Part shown: positions 26,379 through 41,891 of the stretch, piece by piece
How the letters are laid out: every line of letters begins with the position of its first letter
Position numbering within the stretch: the stretch's first letter is position 1
From: Piromyces finnis finn
Lineage: Eukaryota; Fungi; Neocallimastigomycota
Assembly (NCBI GenBank): GCA_002104945.1
Contig: MCFH01000009.1
Coordinates: forward strand, 1,141,782 to 1,205,781
Length of the DNA: 64,000 bases
Direction of reading: 5' to 3'
The notes under the pieces: model-generated
What the model was told of the DNA's origin: nothing
The model's input: the letters and a program-made list of their open reading frames with translations, nothing else
The model's database searches: none
Translations under genes and position numbers: made by a program

Positions 26379-27965
26379 TTATTCTTTATCTTCTATTGTT
26401 TTGAAATCGTATTTATTTTTATTTATTTTTCCATGAGCAAACATTGATGTATTATTATTATTTTTCATAAAGGAAAAAATAATCCAGATATTTGCAGCAA
26501 AGAATAAAAGTTCAGTATACCAAATGTTAACATAATTATTTTGTCCTTGATGTTCTAATTTAAATGCACTTGAAAGATAGATAGCCTAATCATTGTTATA
26601 TATAGAGAGATTTTTAATTTCATTAAATTATGAATGTTCTAATGTACTCTTTATAAAATTATTATAATGTTTATTTTACCTGTGTTACAACCCAAGCAAT
26701 AATCAATAAAGCAGCTTGAATTGGTTTTTTCATTAATTTTGATTGTGGAATTATTATTGGTAAGAAACAAAGATACCACATAAAGTACTATTTATATAAA
26801 TGAGTATCATGTTATTTACTTATTCATTTATTTATTTTTTTCATAAATTACTATTCAATATTTCTATACAAAGAAAAAAATAAAATAAAATATATAATAA
26901 CCTGTGATGTGCAAACTTTTTGATAAGCAATAAAAACGTATGTCTGTAAGAAGCAACAGAATATGAGATCCTTGTAATAATATAAACCAATAAGAAATAT
27001 TAATAGCATTTGAGGAATAAAGGTTAAAAGACCTAAAATCTTTGAAAATAATGATTCCGTTACAGACATTGAAAGATACATTTGATAAAAATATATGGAA
27101 AAGTTATGTCTGTGGTCTTTTCTAATTAAATGATAGAAGTAAGTTTCATTTAGGAATTCCATTCCATAACTAATATATTATTATTTTAAAAATAATAAAA
27201 TAATATATATAAATACATTATATAAATTAATAAATATTTATTGAAAAATAATTATTTAAAGAATTATATTTGATTATAAAATTTTAATATAATTGTATTT
27301 AATATATACATTTTATACATAATTCCTGTTAATAAAAAGAATGTTGCGGCACTTAATACGAAGAATTTTATTCTAGATGAATTTATTAATTTTGTTTTTA
27401 CACCATGATAATTGCTATCTAATATATAAAGAATTGGGAGAGAATAGAGAATTGGATAAATTTTAAAATGAACAGAAAATCCATATAAAATTGAACCAAG
27501 AGTTAATCTTTTTGTAGCAAAGCAATAAAGAGTTGCCATAACAAGCATATCTAATATACTTTCTGCACTTCCTCTAGTTGAAATGGTTATAACAAAAGGA
27601 TTAAGTAACCATAATGAAGTAAGAGTAACTAACATTACCTTACTTTTTACTCTGAACATTTTTAAAAATTCATATATAAAAAATCCAACAATCAAATCAC
27701 AAATGATGAATAATATTTTTCCAAATTCTGGAATTATAGTAATATTTGGTACTAAAATCCATGCTAATAATGGTGTATAACGATACGTCGCTCTTTCATA
27801 TGGTGATTGTTTTTGATGAACAAAACGTGAAGCATCTGTAAATACTGAATAATCTATGTCTGTAAATTTCACTAACATATGTTTATCTTGCCATAAACCA
27901 TAAATAAGGAATCCTATTCTTAATAGGGTACCTAAAATTAATAATACTTTAAGTGTCTTATCCAT
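26379..27965 (-). CDS. GPI14: GPI mannosyltransferase 1 (PIG-M), multi-exon
   Basis: Motifs: VKFTDIDYSVFTDASRFV, SPYERATYRYTPLLAW, WLLNPFVITISTRGSAES, VHFKIYPILY, YHLIRKDHRHNFSIYF, KVCTSQ, and FKLEHQGQN. The stop is at 26381-26379. Confidence 0.95.
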
Positions 27966-28774
27966 GAATTTTATTTACTTTATTATAAAATTATGTTTTA
28001 TTTAAAATTTTAATAATGGGATAATTGAAAATTTTTAAGATATATGTATTATTATTTTTCTTTTTCTTTTTTTTTTTTTTTTTTTTTTTTTTAATGTTAT
28101 TATTGTTATTGTAGTGGTTTGCTTTAATTAGTATTTAATGTATTTATTATATATATTATTACTATAAGTAAATATACTTTATTATATAGAAAATATATTT
28201 TACATTAATTTATATTAATTTTATTAATTTCTATTTCTTTAATAGATTTTTGTTATTTTTTTTTTTATTTATTTATTTATTATTTATTATTTATTACTAT
28301 TATTTGTTGTTGTTGTTGTTGTTGTTGAAATTCGTTTTTTAATTCATTACTAGATTTAAATGTGCTAACAAAGTTTCAAAATTTTACTAATATTTAGTTT
28401 GAATTAAAATATTTATACCTAGAATTTCCATTAAAATTAATATGATTGATTTATACTAATATATAAAAAAATATTTATTTTATTTTATATATTTTATTGA
28501 TTAAATTAATTAAAATTTAATATAAATATTTCCAAAAAAAAAAAAAAAATAGAAAAATTATATAAAATAAAAACTTTGAAAGTTTACCTTTCATTCTTAT
28601 TTTCCAACAATAAACATATTGATATTATTAATTCTGTTATAATCTTAATATTATAAATTTAAATTGACTAAAGAATAATGTCATTTTAAATATAATTGTA
28701 AATTTTTGAAAATCTATTATATAATGTTTTTTTAAGATAATTCTTTGTATAAATTAAGTAAAAATTAATATTTA

Positions 28775-31555
28775 ATGACTACTAAGCAGAATGACCAATT
28801 ACTACATGAATCCATTGCTTATAGTACAGATTTAGAAGAAGATATAATAAGTCTTGATAAAGAAAATATTAAAAATATCGAAAAATATTATAATAAAGTG
28901 TATTTTAATAATAATATTTTTAAAAGGCTAACTGAAATATCATTGGATTTTCCTCTAAAATGGTATTGTCCTAATGAAAAATGTTATTATAACAAAAATA
29001 AATTTGAAATTCCTTTAAAGGAATTTTTGATTAATAATATGATATTATTTCTATGGTAATAAATATAAAAATTATTAGAAATTAAAAAATGATAGAAAGA
29101 ATATTTTTTCATTATGAAGTAAGCTTGTTAATTAGTTATTTAAACAATTATTTATAAATAATTTTTATAATTTAAATGATATAAATAAAGCCCGAAATGT
29201 GAACTTAAATTATATCCTTGTCAAAATTGCTTACATTTTATGAAGTTAAATAATAATGATTCTGTTGGATATCATTGTTTAAAATGTGGGTGGTTAAATA
29301 TAATTGGTATGTAATTTGAATTATTCATAATAATTAATAATATGCATCATTAAATTTTATATGAAAAATAATAAGTAATCAGTTTCTAATTTTAAATTTA
29401 TTATAACATTAAACATTTATTGAATTTATAAAGACCAAGATTTAATAAAAATTTTAAAGATAAAGTCAAATTCATTATTTAATATAGAACAGGCAGTATG
29501 TATTTTAATAAATAATTATATTTTATTTATTAAAGGCTTAAAATGTATGAAAATCTTTATTAAATGGATTAAATACTCAACAATTTTACATATATAAAGG
29601 TTACTGTTCAATGTATTATTTCTGGGGGAAAATACTATAAATTGGTGATAGAGAACTTTTACAATTCTTTTATTAAAAATCTAAAGCATAATAATAGTTG
29701 TCATAATGAAAATAATAATAATTTATTTGAGGAATATGATTTGAATCAAAAAAAATTAAAAATAGGTAATAACAGTGTATTATCAAAAGAGATAGAAAAA
29801 TCTAATGGCATTAATTACAATTCTAATTTAAAAAATTCAGAAGTAAGTCAAGTAGTTGATAATAATACTGTAACTTCTGAAAACAAAGAAAAAATAGATA
29901 AACCAAATAAATGTTCAAATAATGATAAATGCTATATAATAAAAAACAAAAAAGGAAAGGAAAGGAGAAAATATGATAAAGAAAATTTAAAAGAAATTTA
30001 TAGCAAGAATAATAAAAATAAGAATATTCAAAATATAGTAAAAAAAAAAAAAGATATTGATATTGATAATGAATATCAGAATTGTTATGATTTAATTAAA
30101 AATAGTAAAGAGAAAATGATAAATAATAAAAAAGAAAAAGAATATTTAGAAGTAATAACTAATAAAAATGAAAACTATGATCCAAATCAAAATGGTAATT
30201 AATTAATTAATATTATAATATTATAATATTATTTATTTTATTTAAAACAATAATAATAATAATAATACTTTTTATATAAATTGTTCTTATATTTAAAAAA
30301 AAAAAAGAAAACAAGAACAAAAGGAAAAGGAAAAGGAAAAGAAGAACAAATAATAAAATAATATTATCGAAATTTAGATCCGAATTTATTAATGATAATA
30401 ATAGTGAAAATAAATTTAAAAAATCATTGATTCTATATACCATAAAAATTTTGCAAACCCCTGAAATAATATTTACCACAGTGGAAGAATTACAAAAATA
30501 TAGACTTTTAAATATTTATGATAATTTATCCTTAATTCAGAATAAATTATATATATATAATGATTTAAATATTGACATTGATGCAAGAATGGTAAGTATT
30601 AAAAGTACATAAATATATTTTAAATAATTTTTTTATTCACTATTTATTTTATTATATAAAAATATTATTATAAGACTATTAATAAAGCAATGAATATCAT
30701 TAATAATCAAAAAGATGAGTTAAATTATATTAAAAGTAATCTTAAAGCTAGAAGCATACTTGAGAATTTTCCTACTTTAAATAAAATAGAATACCTAACA
30801 TATGGAATTAATGAATCACATTCTGCTTTAATAAAATGTTTATTAAGTTCTTTGGAATATATTAATGTAATCATTAATCAATTAATAAATAATATTTACA
30901 ATTATAATAATGAATCAATTGACTGTTCAATAAATTGGATGGACACAAAACGATTAATATCTACAGAGTAAGTTTAATTAAAAATAGTTAATAAATAAAT
31001 CAAATAATAACTTTCTAATAATACAAAATATTATAAATAATTAAAGGGAAATTAAAGATATATTACAAAAATATTATACTAGTAATGATGAAGTTATTGA
31101 ATATTCAAAAAATTACACATCATCAATATCATCATATATTGATAATTCTAAAAATAGTTCATTATCATACATTGATTATTCAAAGACTATATCATCCACT
31201 GGAAGCATATTTGATATTTTTAGTGGTAACTATTTGATAATATTTAATAATGTTTATTTAAATAAAATAATAAAAAAACAACCCTTTTTTAATATTCAAA
31301 TAATATATAAACTATATAGAAAGCTTTTGTTTTAACGATGATAAAAGAGGAAAAGATAAATTAAATGATAACTTATTAAATAATTCAAAATATAATTCAT
31401 CAGAAAAATCATCTATTTATTCGTCTAATTCATCTGATATGTTTTTTTCTAGTCAAAATCCAATAACAGATTATAATAAAAATATTATTAATATTAAGTT
31501 ATTTCATCAACTACAGCAACTTTATAGTATAATTTGCCAATATATATTTTTTTAA
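28775..31555 (+). CDS. Uncharacterised multi-exon protein with four Cys pairs (probable zinc ribbons) and a low-complexity Asn/Lys/Ser C-terminal region
   Basis: In-frame splicing gives WYCPNEKC...LFL(C)PKCELKLYPCQNCLHFMKLNNNDSVGYHCLKCGW|DQDL...EQA|VTVQCIISGGKYYKLVIENF. It continues through the ORFs at 29642, 30427 and 30690 and later exons. The 3' end is uncertain. Confidence 0.6.
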
Positions 31556-31630
31556 ATATTTAAAATTCTATCTTAAATATTAATTATCTGTATATATTTA
31601 TTGACATTTTTATTATCATTAATACTACTA

Positions 31631-31631
31631 T

Positions 31632-31698
<67 letters not shown>

Positions 31699-31701
31699 TT
31701 T
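31631..31701. repeat. (ATTT)n microsatellite
   Basis: Perfect tetranucleotide run seen directly. Confidence 0.9.
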
Positions 31702-32617
31702 TTGATACAATAAAATAAAAAAACACTATGATCAAAAAAATATTTATAAAATATCAATAAAAATTCATTATTATGAAACATAAAACTATAATAAATAATT
31801 TTTTTATCGAAAAATAAAATATTTAAATTAATTTAAATTAAGAATTAATAATTATTTTTAATTTAATATATATATTGCTGTAGTTATATTTGCATTAAAT
31901 AGTTTATTAATAATATTTTAATCCATAACACTTGTTATAAACATTTAGGTCGCAATATATATATGATTTCTGTTATGATACTTTTTTTTTTTTTAAAATT
32001 TTCAGAATATGGAACTTTCTCATCATGTCAATAACTTTATGGATGTTTCAAGGACAATTCTCAACGATTTTAGCTTTTCTAATTAATATTAATATATTAA
32101 CACATAATAATTATATTTATTTAATGCAACCATGGATTAATATAATATAATTTGAACATTTAATATTAAAGGTTAATACATTTAAAACTTAATTGAATAT
32201 AATTTTAACCCTTTATCAAAATTAATTTTAGTAAACTTTAAACCATTTTTCTGTAAAACTTTTATAAAAAAATTGTATTATATTAATAGCTCAAAATATA
32301 AAAATAATTTTAAAAGATGATATTATTTCATTTTATTTTCTTTTTATTTAATTAATTAAAGTTATGTGGAATGAAAATCATATCATTTACTATATATCAG
32401 AAATAAATTTACCTTTATTTATTTATAAAATTATTTGGGATTTGGGTTTTATAATCTTATACATAAATATTATTTTGGAATGTATTTTATTTTCATACTA
32501 TTTTTTAATACTTAAAAGTTAATTTATATTAGAATAAAAGAACTTAAACTATAATAATAATTAATATATAAAGAAGAAGTTATGGTCATTTAAAGTTTTT
32601 AATTTTTCATATAAATT

Positions 32618-32653
<36 letters not shown>

Positions 32654-34016
32654 TATTTTATTTATATTTTTTTTTTCATTATATGTTTTTAATTAAAATA
32701 TTTTGATAGTTATTTAAGTAACTGCTTTTTTTTTTTTTTAAATAAGGCTCATTTATAGAAAATCCATAATATTATAAAATAGCATACAATTATCAGTCAT
32801 TTAGATATAAAAGTTTCAATATCAAATATTTAGTATAAAATGGCTTAAAATGCATTTTCAACAAACAATAGTAGAGTCAAGATTTTACAAACTTTTATTA
32901 TTATAATTATTCAAATATATTAGAGAAATTTACTCTAAATTTAATAAAACAAAGTAAAATAAAAATATATAAATAGATTATATAGAGTTTACTAATTAGT
33001 CTTTAAAAATAATTTCTCTATTTATAATTGATATTTTAATTTTAATTTGAAATTAATAAATAATAACAATAATAAAGTAATAATTTTTTAATATAATAAT
33101 GTAAAAATTTAATATAATAATTTAACAATTATATTATTTAATAATGTAGTGAAGTAATAAATTGGGTTTTCCAAAAATTTAACAACATTATTCATTTTTG
33201 TAAAGTTCAATTTAAAGATAAAATAACTTTAAATACAAAATTCATTGTATATTAAATAATAATAAACTAAAAATAACAATAAAATATATTTATTAGATTA
33301 ACAATAATAAAATTATTATTATGAATAAGGATAACCTAATGTATAAGCTATTATTATTATATATATATATTTGCATTGCTATAATCTATTAATTCAAAGA
33401 GTTTAAAATATAAAATAAATATCTTATTGAAATAATTATTAATTATTATAAAACAAAAGTTGTTAACTTCTGGTGAATATTTTAATTTAATTTTTTTTTT
33501 TTTTTTTTTTTTTTTGGAAAAGAAGTGTTTTTGGTTTTAATGATTCATAATTGATACATTAAAATCATTTTCTAAATTTTCAATTAATTATTCTCAACAA
33601 CAACAACAAAAAAAAACAACTTTAAATCTTAATATCTCATGAACCAGACGAGATACTGAACTCATTTTAATATATGTTACTTATTATGAGAGTAGTTATC
33701 TAATGATCGTGATTTCATCAAGAAATGATGATTAAAAAACGAGATATGAAAGCTTATTTTTAGTGAGTTATGAAAAGATAAAAAATATTTGTTATTTTAA
33801 ATCTTTTTATATTTTTAACATTATAACTTTTATTTATTTTTTTAAATAAAAGTTTTAAAAATTCAATAATTATTAATATTAATATAATAATAAAATGATT
33901 TAACCATTTAAAATAATAAAGAAATTGTATATAATAATTAAATTATACAAATAATTTTTTAAATAAAAAAAAAAATTAAATATATTAATAAAAAATATAT
34001 TTATCTATAATATAGA

Positions 34017-34018
<2 letters not shown>

Positions 34019-34075
<57 letters not shown>
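34019..34075. repeat. (TAAA)n microsatellite
   Basis: Perfect tetranucleotide run seen directly. Confidence 0.9.
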
Positions 34076-34076
<1 letters not shown>

Positions 34077-34432
34077 ATATGGTTATCCAATTAATAATTT
34101 AAATAAATATTTTACTTAAATTACTAAACTAACAAAAACTTTAGATGCAAATAACTAATATTTTATTAATATGTTCTTTTAATGTTTAATAAAAAAAAAA
34201 AGTAATTTTAAAGTATAATTATATATATGAAATTTATTAGAATATTTATTATTTTATTTTTAATATTAAACTTTTTTTTTTTTTTTTTTTTTTTTTTGGA
34301 AAAAATAAGTTAATATATATAGGGGTAAAATAAATAATGTGAATTATTTATAAATATATATATATATAAATACAAAATAAATTATTAGGTAATAATGAAT
34401 TATTTTTTTTTTTTTTTTTGTAACTATTATAT

Positions 34433-37400
34433 TTAAACTTGAATGGTTCTCAAATTTCTACAAATTTCTTCTAATCTTCTTTTTCCTTTTGGAGTGTCAT
34501 TTATAATTTGTTTAACTAATTCGTATCTAAAGAATATATTTTTATAAGACCATTAAAACATTTAATATTACATTTTTTTAAGTTTAATAAAATAAAATAT
34601 TTTTAACCTACTTAACACTTCCATATTTATAAATAAATCTCCAATTTAACTTTCCATATGGATAAGCACAATTACTATTGATATAAATATCAATAAAATA
34701 TCTATACTTTTGTTTTCCATCAAAAAATACTATTCTTACAATAGTTGTGTTGCTTTGCATTGACAATAACATTTCTTTAGATTCGATATCTTTTGAATCC
34801 GCAATGTAAATTTCAACTATATTTGTTTTTTGAACTAATTCAATGTCTTGGAATAATTTTGTTAACTTATTCCAGTAATATGCTACCTCATCTAAAGTCT
34901 ATTAACAATTTATTTAGGAAAATTTAGTTTTTCATTTTTATTATTAATATTTATATTACAATCATTAAATAGTCACCTTTCTTATATTTTTATCATTTTT
35001 ACAAACAGAAATTTTATTTTGAATTCCTTTTATAACTGGTTTAAACTGGTAATAAATAGAAGGAAAATTTTAAAAAGTCATTATCATATGTTTATTATTT
35101 TAAGATAGTTACTATTTATATATTTTTCTATATATACCTTTTCAATATCTATTCTATATTTTGATTTTTTCATGTTTATGAAATCAATATCAACATCATA
35201 TATAAGATTTGATTGATTTCTACGGTTAAATGAAACTAGTATAATATCATCATATATATACGAAATTAAATCTGGAGAAAGATTATTAATATTCCAGTTT
35301 GAAACATTTACAACTAGATTATGTTCCTCTATTAAATATAAAAAATATATTAATTTTTTTTTCTTTATTATAGGAAAAATAATTTATATATATATTATTA
35401 TACTTTTGCATTTTTGAAGAGTTTCTTTAGTATATATAGATGATTCTAATTGCTTTATTCTTTCTTCATATTGTTCAATTACCTAGAAATATAAAAGAAA
35501 AAGCATTTTTTAAAAATCTATTTTTTACAATAGTAAATCTTTTATCAGGCTAAATTAATTCTTACATTTTTTAATTGATCAATTGTATTTTTTAATTCAT
35601 CAACTTTTTTTATTGAAACTTCTTTTTCTTTTTCATAGGACATTATTTCTGTTTTCAGTTTTAAAATAATTTGCCTAATCATTATTGGTATGAAAAATAC
35701 AAAATTATATTTTATTTTAGAGTTATTTTATGATACTAGTATTAAATTTTCAAAAATCTCATATATATGATAAATATACTTTTGTTCATGAATTTTTTTT
35801 TCTAGTAATGCCATTCTTTCTTCAAAAGATTCTGAAAATACTTCTTGACTATTAATAATTAAAATTAATTTATAATTTACATTTTTATTATTATATTTTA
35901 TAATTAAATAATTAATAAATTTTTTTTAATTTGAATAATTAATATTATAATATCCACCTTTTATTAAGATTAATTGTTTCCATTAACTGATTATAATATA
36001 TTTTCATTGAAGGAACATATTTTGTTATTTCACTAGAGAATTCATTAATCTTTTCCATATCCTAATATAGATATATAATAATAATAATCTAATTAGAAAA
36101 TAGTTATATATTTCACTATTATTATTATAATTATTCTTTTTTTTCTTAAAAAAAACTTTTATTAATATAATTACCATTTTGAATAAATCAATGGATTTTT
36201 TATATTTTTTTATTATTCCATTACTCATTGAAGTTCTCCATCTATACCAAGCTTGTTTTGCCTTTAATCTACTATATTCTTGTGTAGTCTTGAACTTTTT
36301 CTACATTTTTTTTTTAATTGAAATAATTATTTATTACTGTTATTATATAATAAAATGATAAATATATATTTATCCTATACATACTTGTAAATTCTTTCTT
36401 TTGTCATCAATTGCCTTATTATACTCTTGAAAAGCTACTGGTAAATTATTAGAATATTCTTTTTCATAGTTATCTAAGGCATTCTTACACTCTTCTATAG
36501 ATTTTTGAATATCATTGCATTCCTGTAAAATAAAATTATTTTTATAAATTTTACAAATTAATTATTAAATAAAAATATATTTTAAAGTATAATAAAATTT
36601 TACATATTGTAATCCTTCCAATTCTTGAACGTAGACAGATAAAGATTTTAATTTTTCAATTTCAGAAAATTGATCTTTTAATTTATTATATATATTAAAG
36701 AAAAAAAAAAAAAGATTTAGTCATTTTCTAATAAAATATAGTATTTTAAGATACTTTATAAATTATTATTAAAAATACCATTATTAATTTCCAAATTTCC
36801 AAACTTTCTTTCTGGTTTTTTATTAAAGTCATCTTTGAATTGAATTCCAATAAGTTGTAAATATCTTGATAAAGTTACTGTCTTTTCTTCAGGTAATATC
36901 TAAATAAAAATTAAATTAATATACATTACATTACATAATAAAACTTTATACAAATATACCCATACATCTTCTGATAACGATATATCTCCTCCCATTATTG
37001 ACAATTCTTCATTTAGTAAATCTTCTTCTTTGATATAAATATTTAATTAAAATTATGATTAATTAGCTAAACCATTAAAATCTCGTTATACTAAATTTAC
37101 TTACCATTTCCTAATTCTTTATTATTAAGTTTAAATATAATATATATTTAAAATTTAATTAAAATTTATTAATAAAAAAATATAATTGAATTTATTATAA
37201 ACTTACCTTCATTACCCAATAAAATTGTTGGTGATTCTACTTCTTGGGTATTTGTAATATTTGCTACGGATGAAATATTGAGAGGCTTATTTAAAGATAT
37301 ACTATTATATGAATTAATACTGTCATTTAGTAAATCTTGTTGTCTTTTTCTTTCTCTTAATGATCTTGGTGTTTGAATAATTTCGTTGAATATAGAATAA

Positions 37401-40400
37401 GATCTAGATTGTCTTTTATTTGAAGGAGTTGCTCTTGTTGGTAAAATTGAATAACGTTCTATATTTATTTATTTATTTATTTTATTTATTAAAATATATA
37501 TTTTTTTATTAATATTCATTATTTCAGTTTTTAAATATTTTTTAAAAAAAGATATTTATAGCTTACTATGTGGAGACACTGTTGGTAAAACATCAATAGT
37601 ACTTGAAAGTCTTATTGAATTGTTTCTTTCTATATCACGTTCATCTAAAGTATGATTTTGAAATAAATCGTCATTCTCTTTCTTACTTAAATTTTTAGGA
37701 AGAATATTTGATATTCTAGTACTATTTGTTCTAAATTCATTAATTGTATTAATATTATTTTCTTTTTGATCATTATTTATTTGATTGTTTCTATTCATTT
37801 TATTTAATAAAGAATTCTTAATCGGGGTAAGGATATTAATATATTCATTAATTACAGAATTCTGGCTTTCATTTCTTATAAGCATTAAGTCTTGACTTTT
37901 AACTAATGAATTATCATTTTCAGATTGTAAATTTTTTGGTTTCGGTCTTGCAAATTGATCTTTATCTTTTTCATTATTATTATTAGAATTCTCAATATCA
38001 TTGTCAGAAAATTCATCTATATTTTTTTTATTTGAAATCTTATTAATTGTAGAGTTTGAATTCTTATATTGATTATTACTTTCTTTATTAATAGTAACTT
38101 TATTTGTAGATAAAATCGAGCCAACACCGACAGTAATATCCATAGTTTGCTCCTCGTTGTCATCCTCATTTATATTATTTTTAATTTTACTAATGTTATC
38201 GCCTTCGTCATTATATGGACCCATACTACTTATTCTGCGTAACGCTGCAAGTTTACTATTTAAAAATTCTGATTGTTGTTTGTATCTATTTTTTAGTAAA
38301 TTATCAGTTATTGAATCATCATTCTTATTCAAATTTTCAATATCACTTATATTATCTTTTAATATAAAATTAGCTGAATTTTCTATTTTCTTTTTTCTAT
38401 CTTTACCATACGATGACATAAAGTTATAACTTTCATCTTCATTTTCATATTCTTTATAAATATTTTCATAGTTATTAAGTTTTTCTAGTTTTTTATAATT
38501 TTCCTTTTCTAGTTGTTTATCAATATCTTTGCTATTTATATTATTTATATTATCAGTTTCATTTGTCATGATATTATGTGAAATTTCTTTATTTTGTAAT
38601 AATAAATCAATTTTACTTATTTTATTTTTTGTTTCTTTGCTACTATTGCTTTCATTTTCACTTTGTTGACTTAATACATAGTCACTCTGAGTTCCATTTA
38701 ATGAACCTTCTGGACTATCAGGAATTCTATCAGCAATATCTTTTATTAATTTATTATAATCATCATAAGTATCATTTAGTTGATCATCTGTTGTTAATGT
38801 GCTCAAATTTGATTGTTGACTACTAAAGAAAAACAATCTACTGTCTTTTCTAGAATTTTCCGGGTTTTTATTTGCAAAGAATTCCATTAGATATTTTGTA
38901 TTATTTTCATTATCTGACTTATTTTCATCTGAATTATCATTAGATGCATTACTTTTATTTTTAGTAATTAATTGTGATGTTTGTTTCTTGCTTAATTCCT
39001 GTTGTTTATCATTTTCTTTTATTGTTTCAAACAATAATTTGTTTTCCCTATTGTTAATAACCTTTTCATCATTATTACGAAGTATATCCTTTAAATCCTG
39101 ATTTTTTGAAAATAATTTTTTATTTGTTAAATCATCTTCCTTTTCTGTTAATTCATTTAATTCGAAGTTTTTTTCATTTGATTTAGGTTTATCTTTACTA
39201 GATGTTATATTAATTGGTTTTTTCATTGAAAGAGATATATCAATATCCATAACTTCTGTATGTAAAGTTTCATCATTCATTGGTATATTGTTAATATTAA
39301 TTGAATTTGATTGAGTATTATCATAACGATTTTCTTTAAATATTTTAAATTCTATATCTTTTTTACTACTAAGATTATCTATATTTATAGTATTGCTATT
39401 AGCTTTATTAATAAATTGATTAGCAATACTTATATTATTACTATAATTTTTTTGAATACTTTCATCTTCATTAATTGAGTTTGTAAATGGTTGTGTTAGT
39501 TCCATTGTAGCTGTGAATTCTTCTTCAGAATTATTATAAAATTCATCATTAATATTATTATTACCATCAATATTATTGTTATCAATATTATTACTATCAA
39601 TATTATTACTATCAGCATTATTACTATCAACATTATTATCATTATCATTATTATAATTATTATTAATATTATTGTTACTACTATAATCATCATTATTGTT
39701 GTTGTTTAGATTATTATTATTATTATTATTTGGAAGATCATCAAAACCTTGATTTGATAATATTTCATTATCCATTTTTTCTTCTAATTCTATACCCCCA
39801 ACTGATTTTTGATTATTTATATTATAATTTTCATTATTTGACCCAACAATAATTCCTGATATATCTCCTTTACTATCACTTTCATTTGTATTTTCATTCT
39901 CGTTATCAATTTCATTAATATTATTAATTATCTCGTCATTATTATAATGATTTTTATCTTTATCTTCGTTTTTATTTTCTTTTTTATTATTTGTATTAAT
40001 AATATTATTAATAGTATTATTAATATCAGTATCAGCATTGATATCGAAATTAGAATCAAATTTTTCAAAATCTCCTTTGTCTTTATCGGTTATTTTTGGT
40101 GTAATAATATTACTGAAATCATCTTTTTCTTTAAACTTATCATTAAATGATTTTGAAGAAAATGAATTATTAATCGAGTCCGTTTTTTCATTTTTTGATG
40201 CTATTCTATCCATAATTTCAGTAATAACTTCTTCTCTATTTTCATTATCTAATAAATGTGATTCTGAACTATATGAACTTAAATTTGAATTTTGTCTAAA
40301 TTAAAACAAGTATTTTAATATATTGTAATATAATTTGTAGAGAGTATTATTTTAAAATATTTACCTATCACTATCTGAATCAAAATGAATTACTCCATGC

Positions 40401-41289
40401 TTATCTATATAATTATCTTTATAACTATTATATTTAAAAAACAATAAATTAAAATAGTCTTCTATTGTCAAAATTTCGATGTCTTTTTAATTATTTATGA
40501 TATTATATAATTTACAAATGTTAAATAATTACTCAAACTTTGATAAGGAATTTATATTCTGTAATTTTAATGGTGAATCATTATTATCTACAAAAGGGAA
40601 ATCAGGACTTTCATTTTCGTGAAAAGATAATTTTCTTATTTGAGGTGTACTGAATTTTGAGTTTTTTTCAAATACTCTATATTTAATATAATTAATTAAG
40701 ATAATGCTCACTAAATATATTTACATTTTACATTTTACTTTTTTACCTAACACGCGTTTTCGAGGCAAAACTAACTCTACGTCCAATTGACCTTCTTCTT
40801 CTTTTTTTTTCACTCCTATTTTTATATGTATATAATTAAATGAAATAAATCAATACTTTATTTATTACATCAATATTATATTATATATGTACATCGTAAT
40901 TCCAAATTCTAAATCCTCGTTCTTGAATTTTTTACATTATATTTTTTATAGATTTTATAGAAATAAAAATAAAAATTGATTAAAAAATTTTGAAAATCTT
41001 TCAATTAAAAAAATAAATTAAAATATTTATATGTAATTTATACATCTTCTGCAATCATGCTTCTACTTGGCGATTTTAGACAGCCTTTTGGCATCTATAA
41101 AATTATGTGGATTTTGAAAAAAAATATCTTTAATCAATAAGAAAAAAGTATTTATTATAGAATGATAAAAGTTAGAAATTGTATTTTATTTACTTGAGCC
41201 AAAGAAGATTTTATTCTTTTTTGAGTAAGTAATGTATCTCCAAGAGATTTCGAGCGCCTTTTTCTAATATCTTTATTGAATGAAGTCAT
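34433..41289 (-). CDS. SPC105: Outer kinetochore scaffold KNL1/Spc105/Spc7, multi-exon
   Basis: The N-terminus reads MTSFNKDIRKRRSKSLG...MPKGCLKSP...RRRRSIGRRVSFASKTRVR, which contains the PP1-binding RVSF motif. MELT-like motifs TMELTQ and TMDITVGVGSI lie in the 885-aa ORF. The C-terminal exons give a coiled-coil and Spc7-like region (PSMKKYII..ETINLNK; LQLIGIQFKDDF). The stop is at 34435-34433. Confidence 0.88.
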
Positions 41290-41754
41290 TTTTTTTAATA
41301 TATATTGATGTAAGTATGAGATAAAAGATATATCTTATATTATTTCTGTTATTGTTCTTTGTTTTTCGTTAGTATTGTTTTATTTATCAACTATAAAGAT
41401 ATCTTAAAAATCTGAAATTCATAATAATGTTTGATTGCTTATTTTATAATTAAGATAATGAATCAATTTTGATTCAAAACATAATAATTTTTACATTAAT
41501 ATTTATTATAAAAAAAATTATGAATTATTATTACAAAATTTTTAATTTTTGAAAGAAAAAAATATAATATATTAAGCTCATTTTTTTCCTTTCAATATTA
41601 ATATAATATAAAAATTATTAAAAAAATTTTTATTTAAAAAAATAAGAATGTAATGGGCCAACTTAATATAAAAGGATAATGTAAATAATACATATTTCAA
41701 TTAATTTTTTCCTATTTTAAAGCAATAAAATATGTAATCTTTTAATAAACATTC

Positions 41755-41798
41755 CAATAATAATAATAAACATAATAAACATAATAAACATAATAATA

Positions 41799-41891
<93 letters not shown>

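Noticed and set aside
32009-32086. Short ORF MELSHHVNNFMDVSRTILNDFSFSN after a CAG acceptor-like site
   Set aside because: It is only 25 codons with no recognisable motif, and I could not link it convincingly to the upstream gene.
33630-33780. Slightly GC-richer intergenic patch with a TGATGA/CTGA-like motif and a TCATCA-TGATGA mini-hairpin (possible snoRNA)
   Set aside because: The box C and box D motifs are in the wrong order on the plus strand, and there is no box D on the minus strand or terminal stem.
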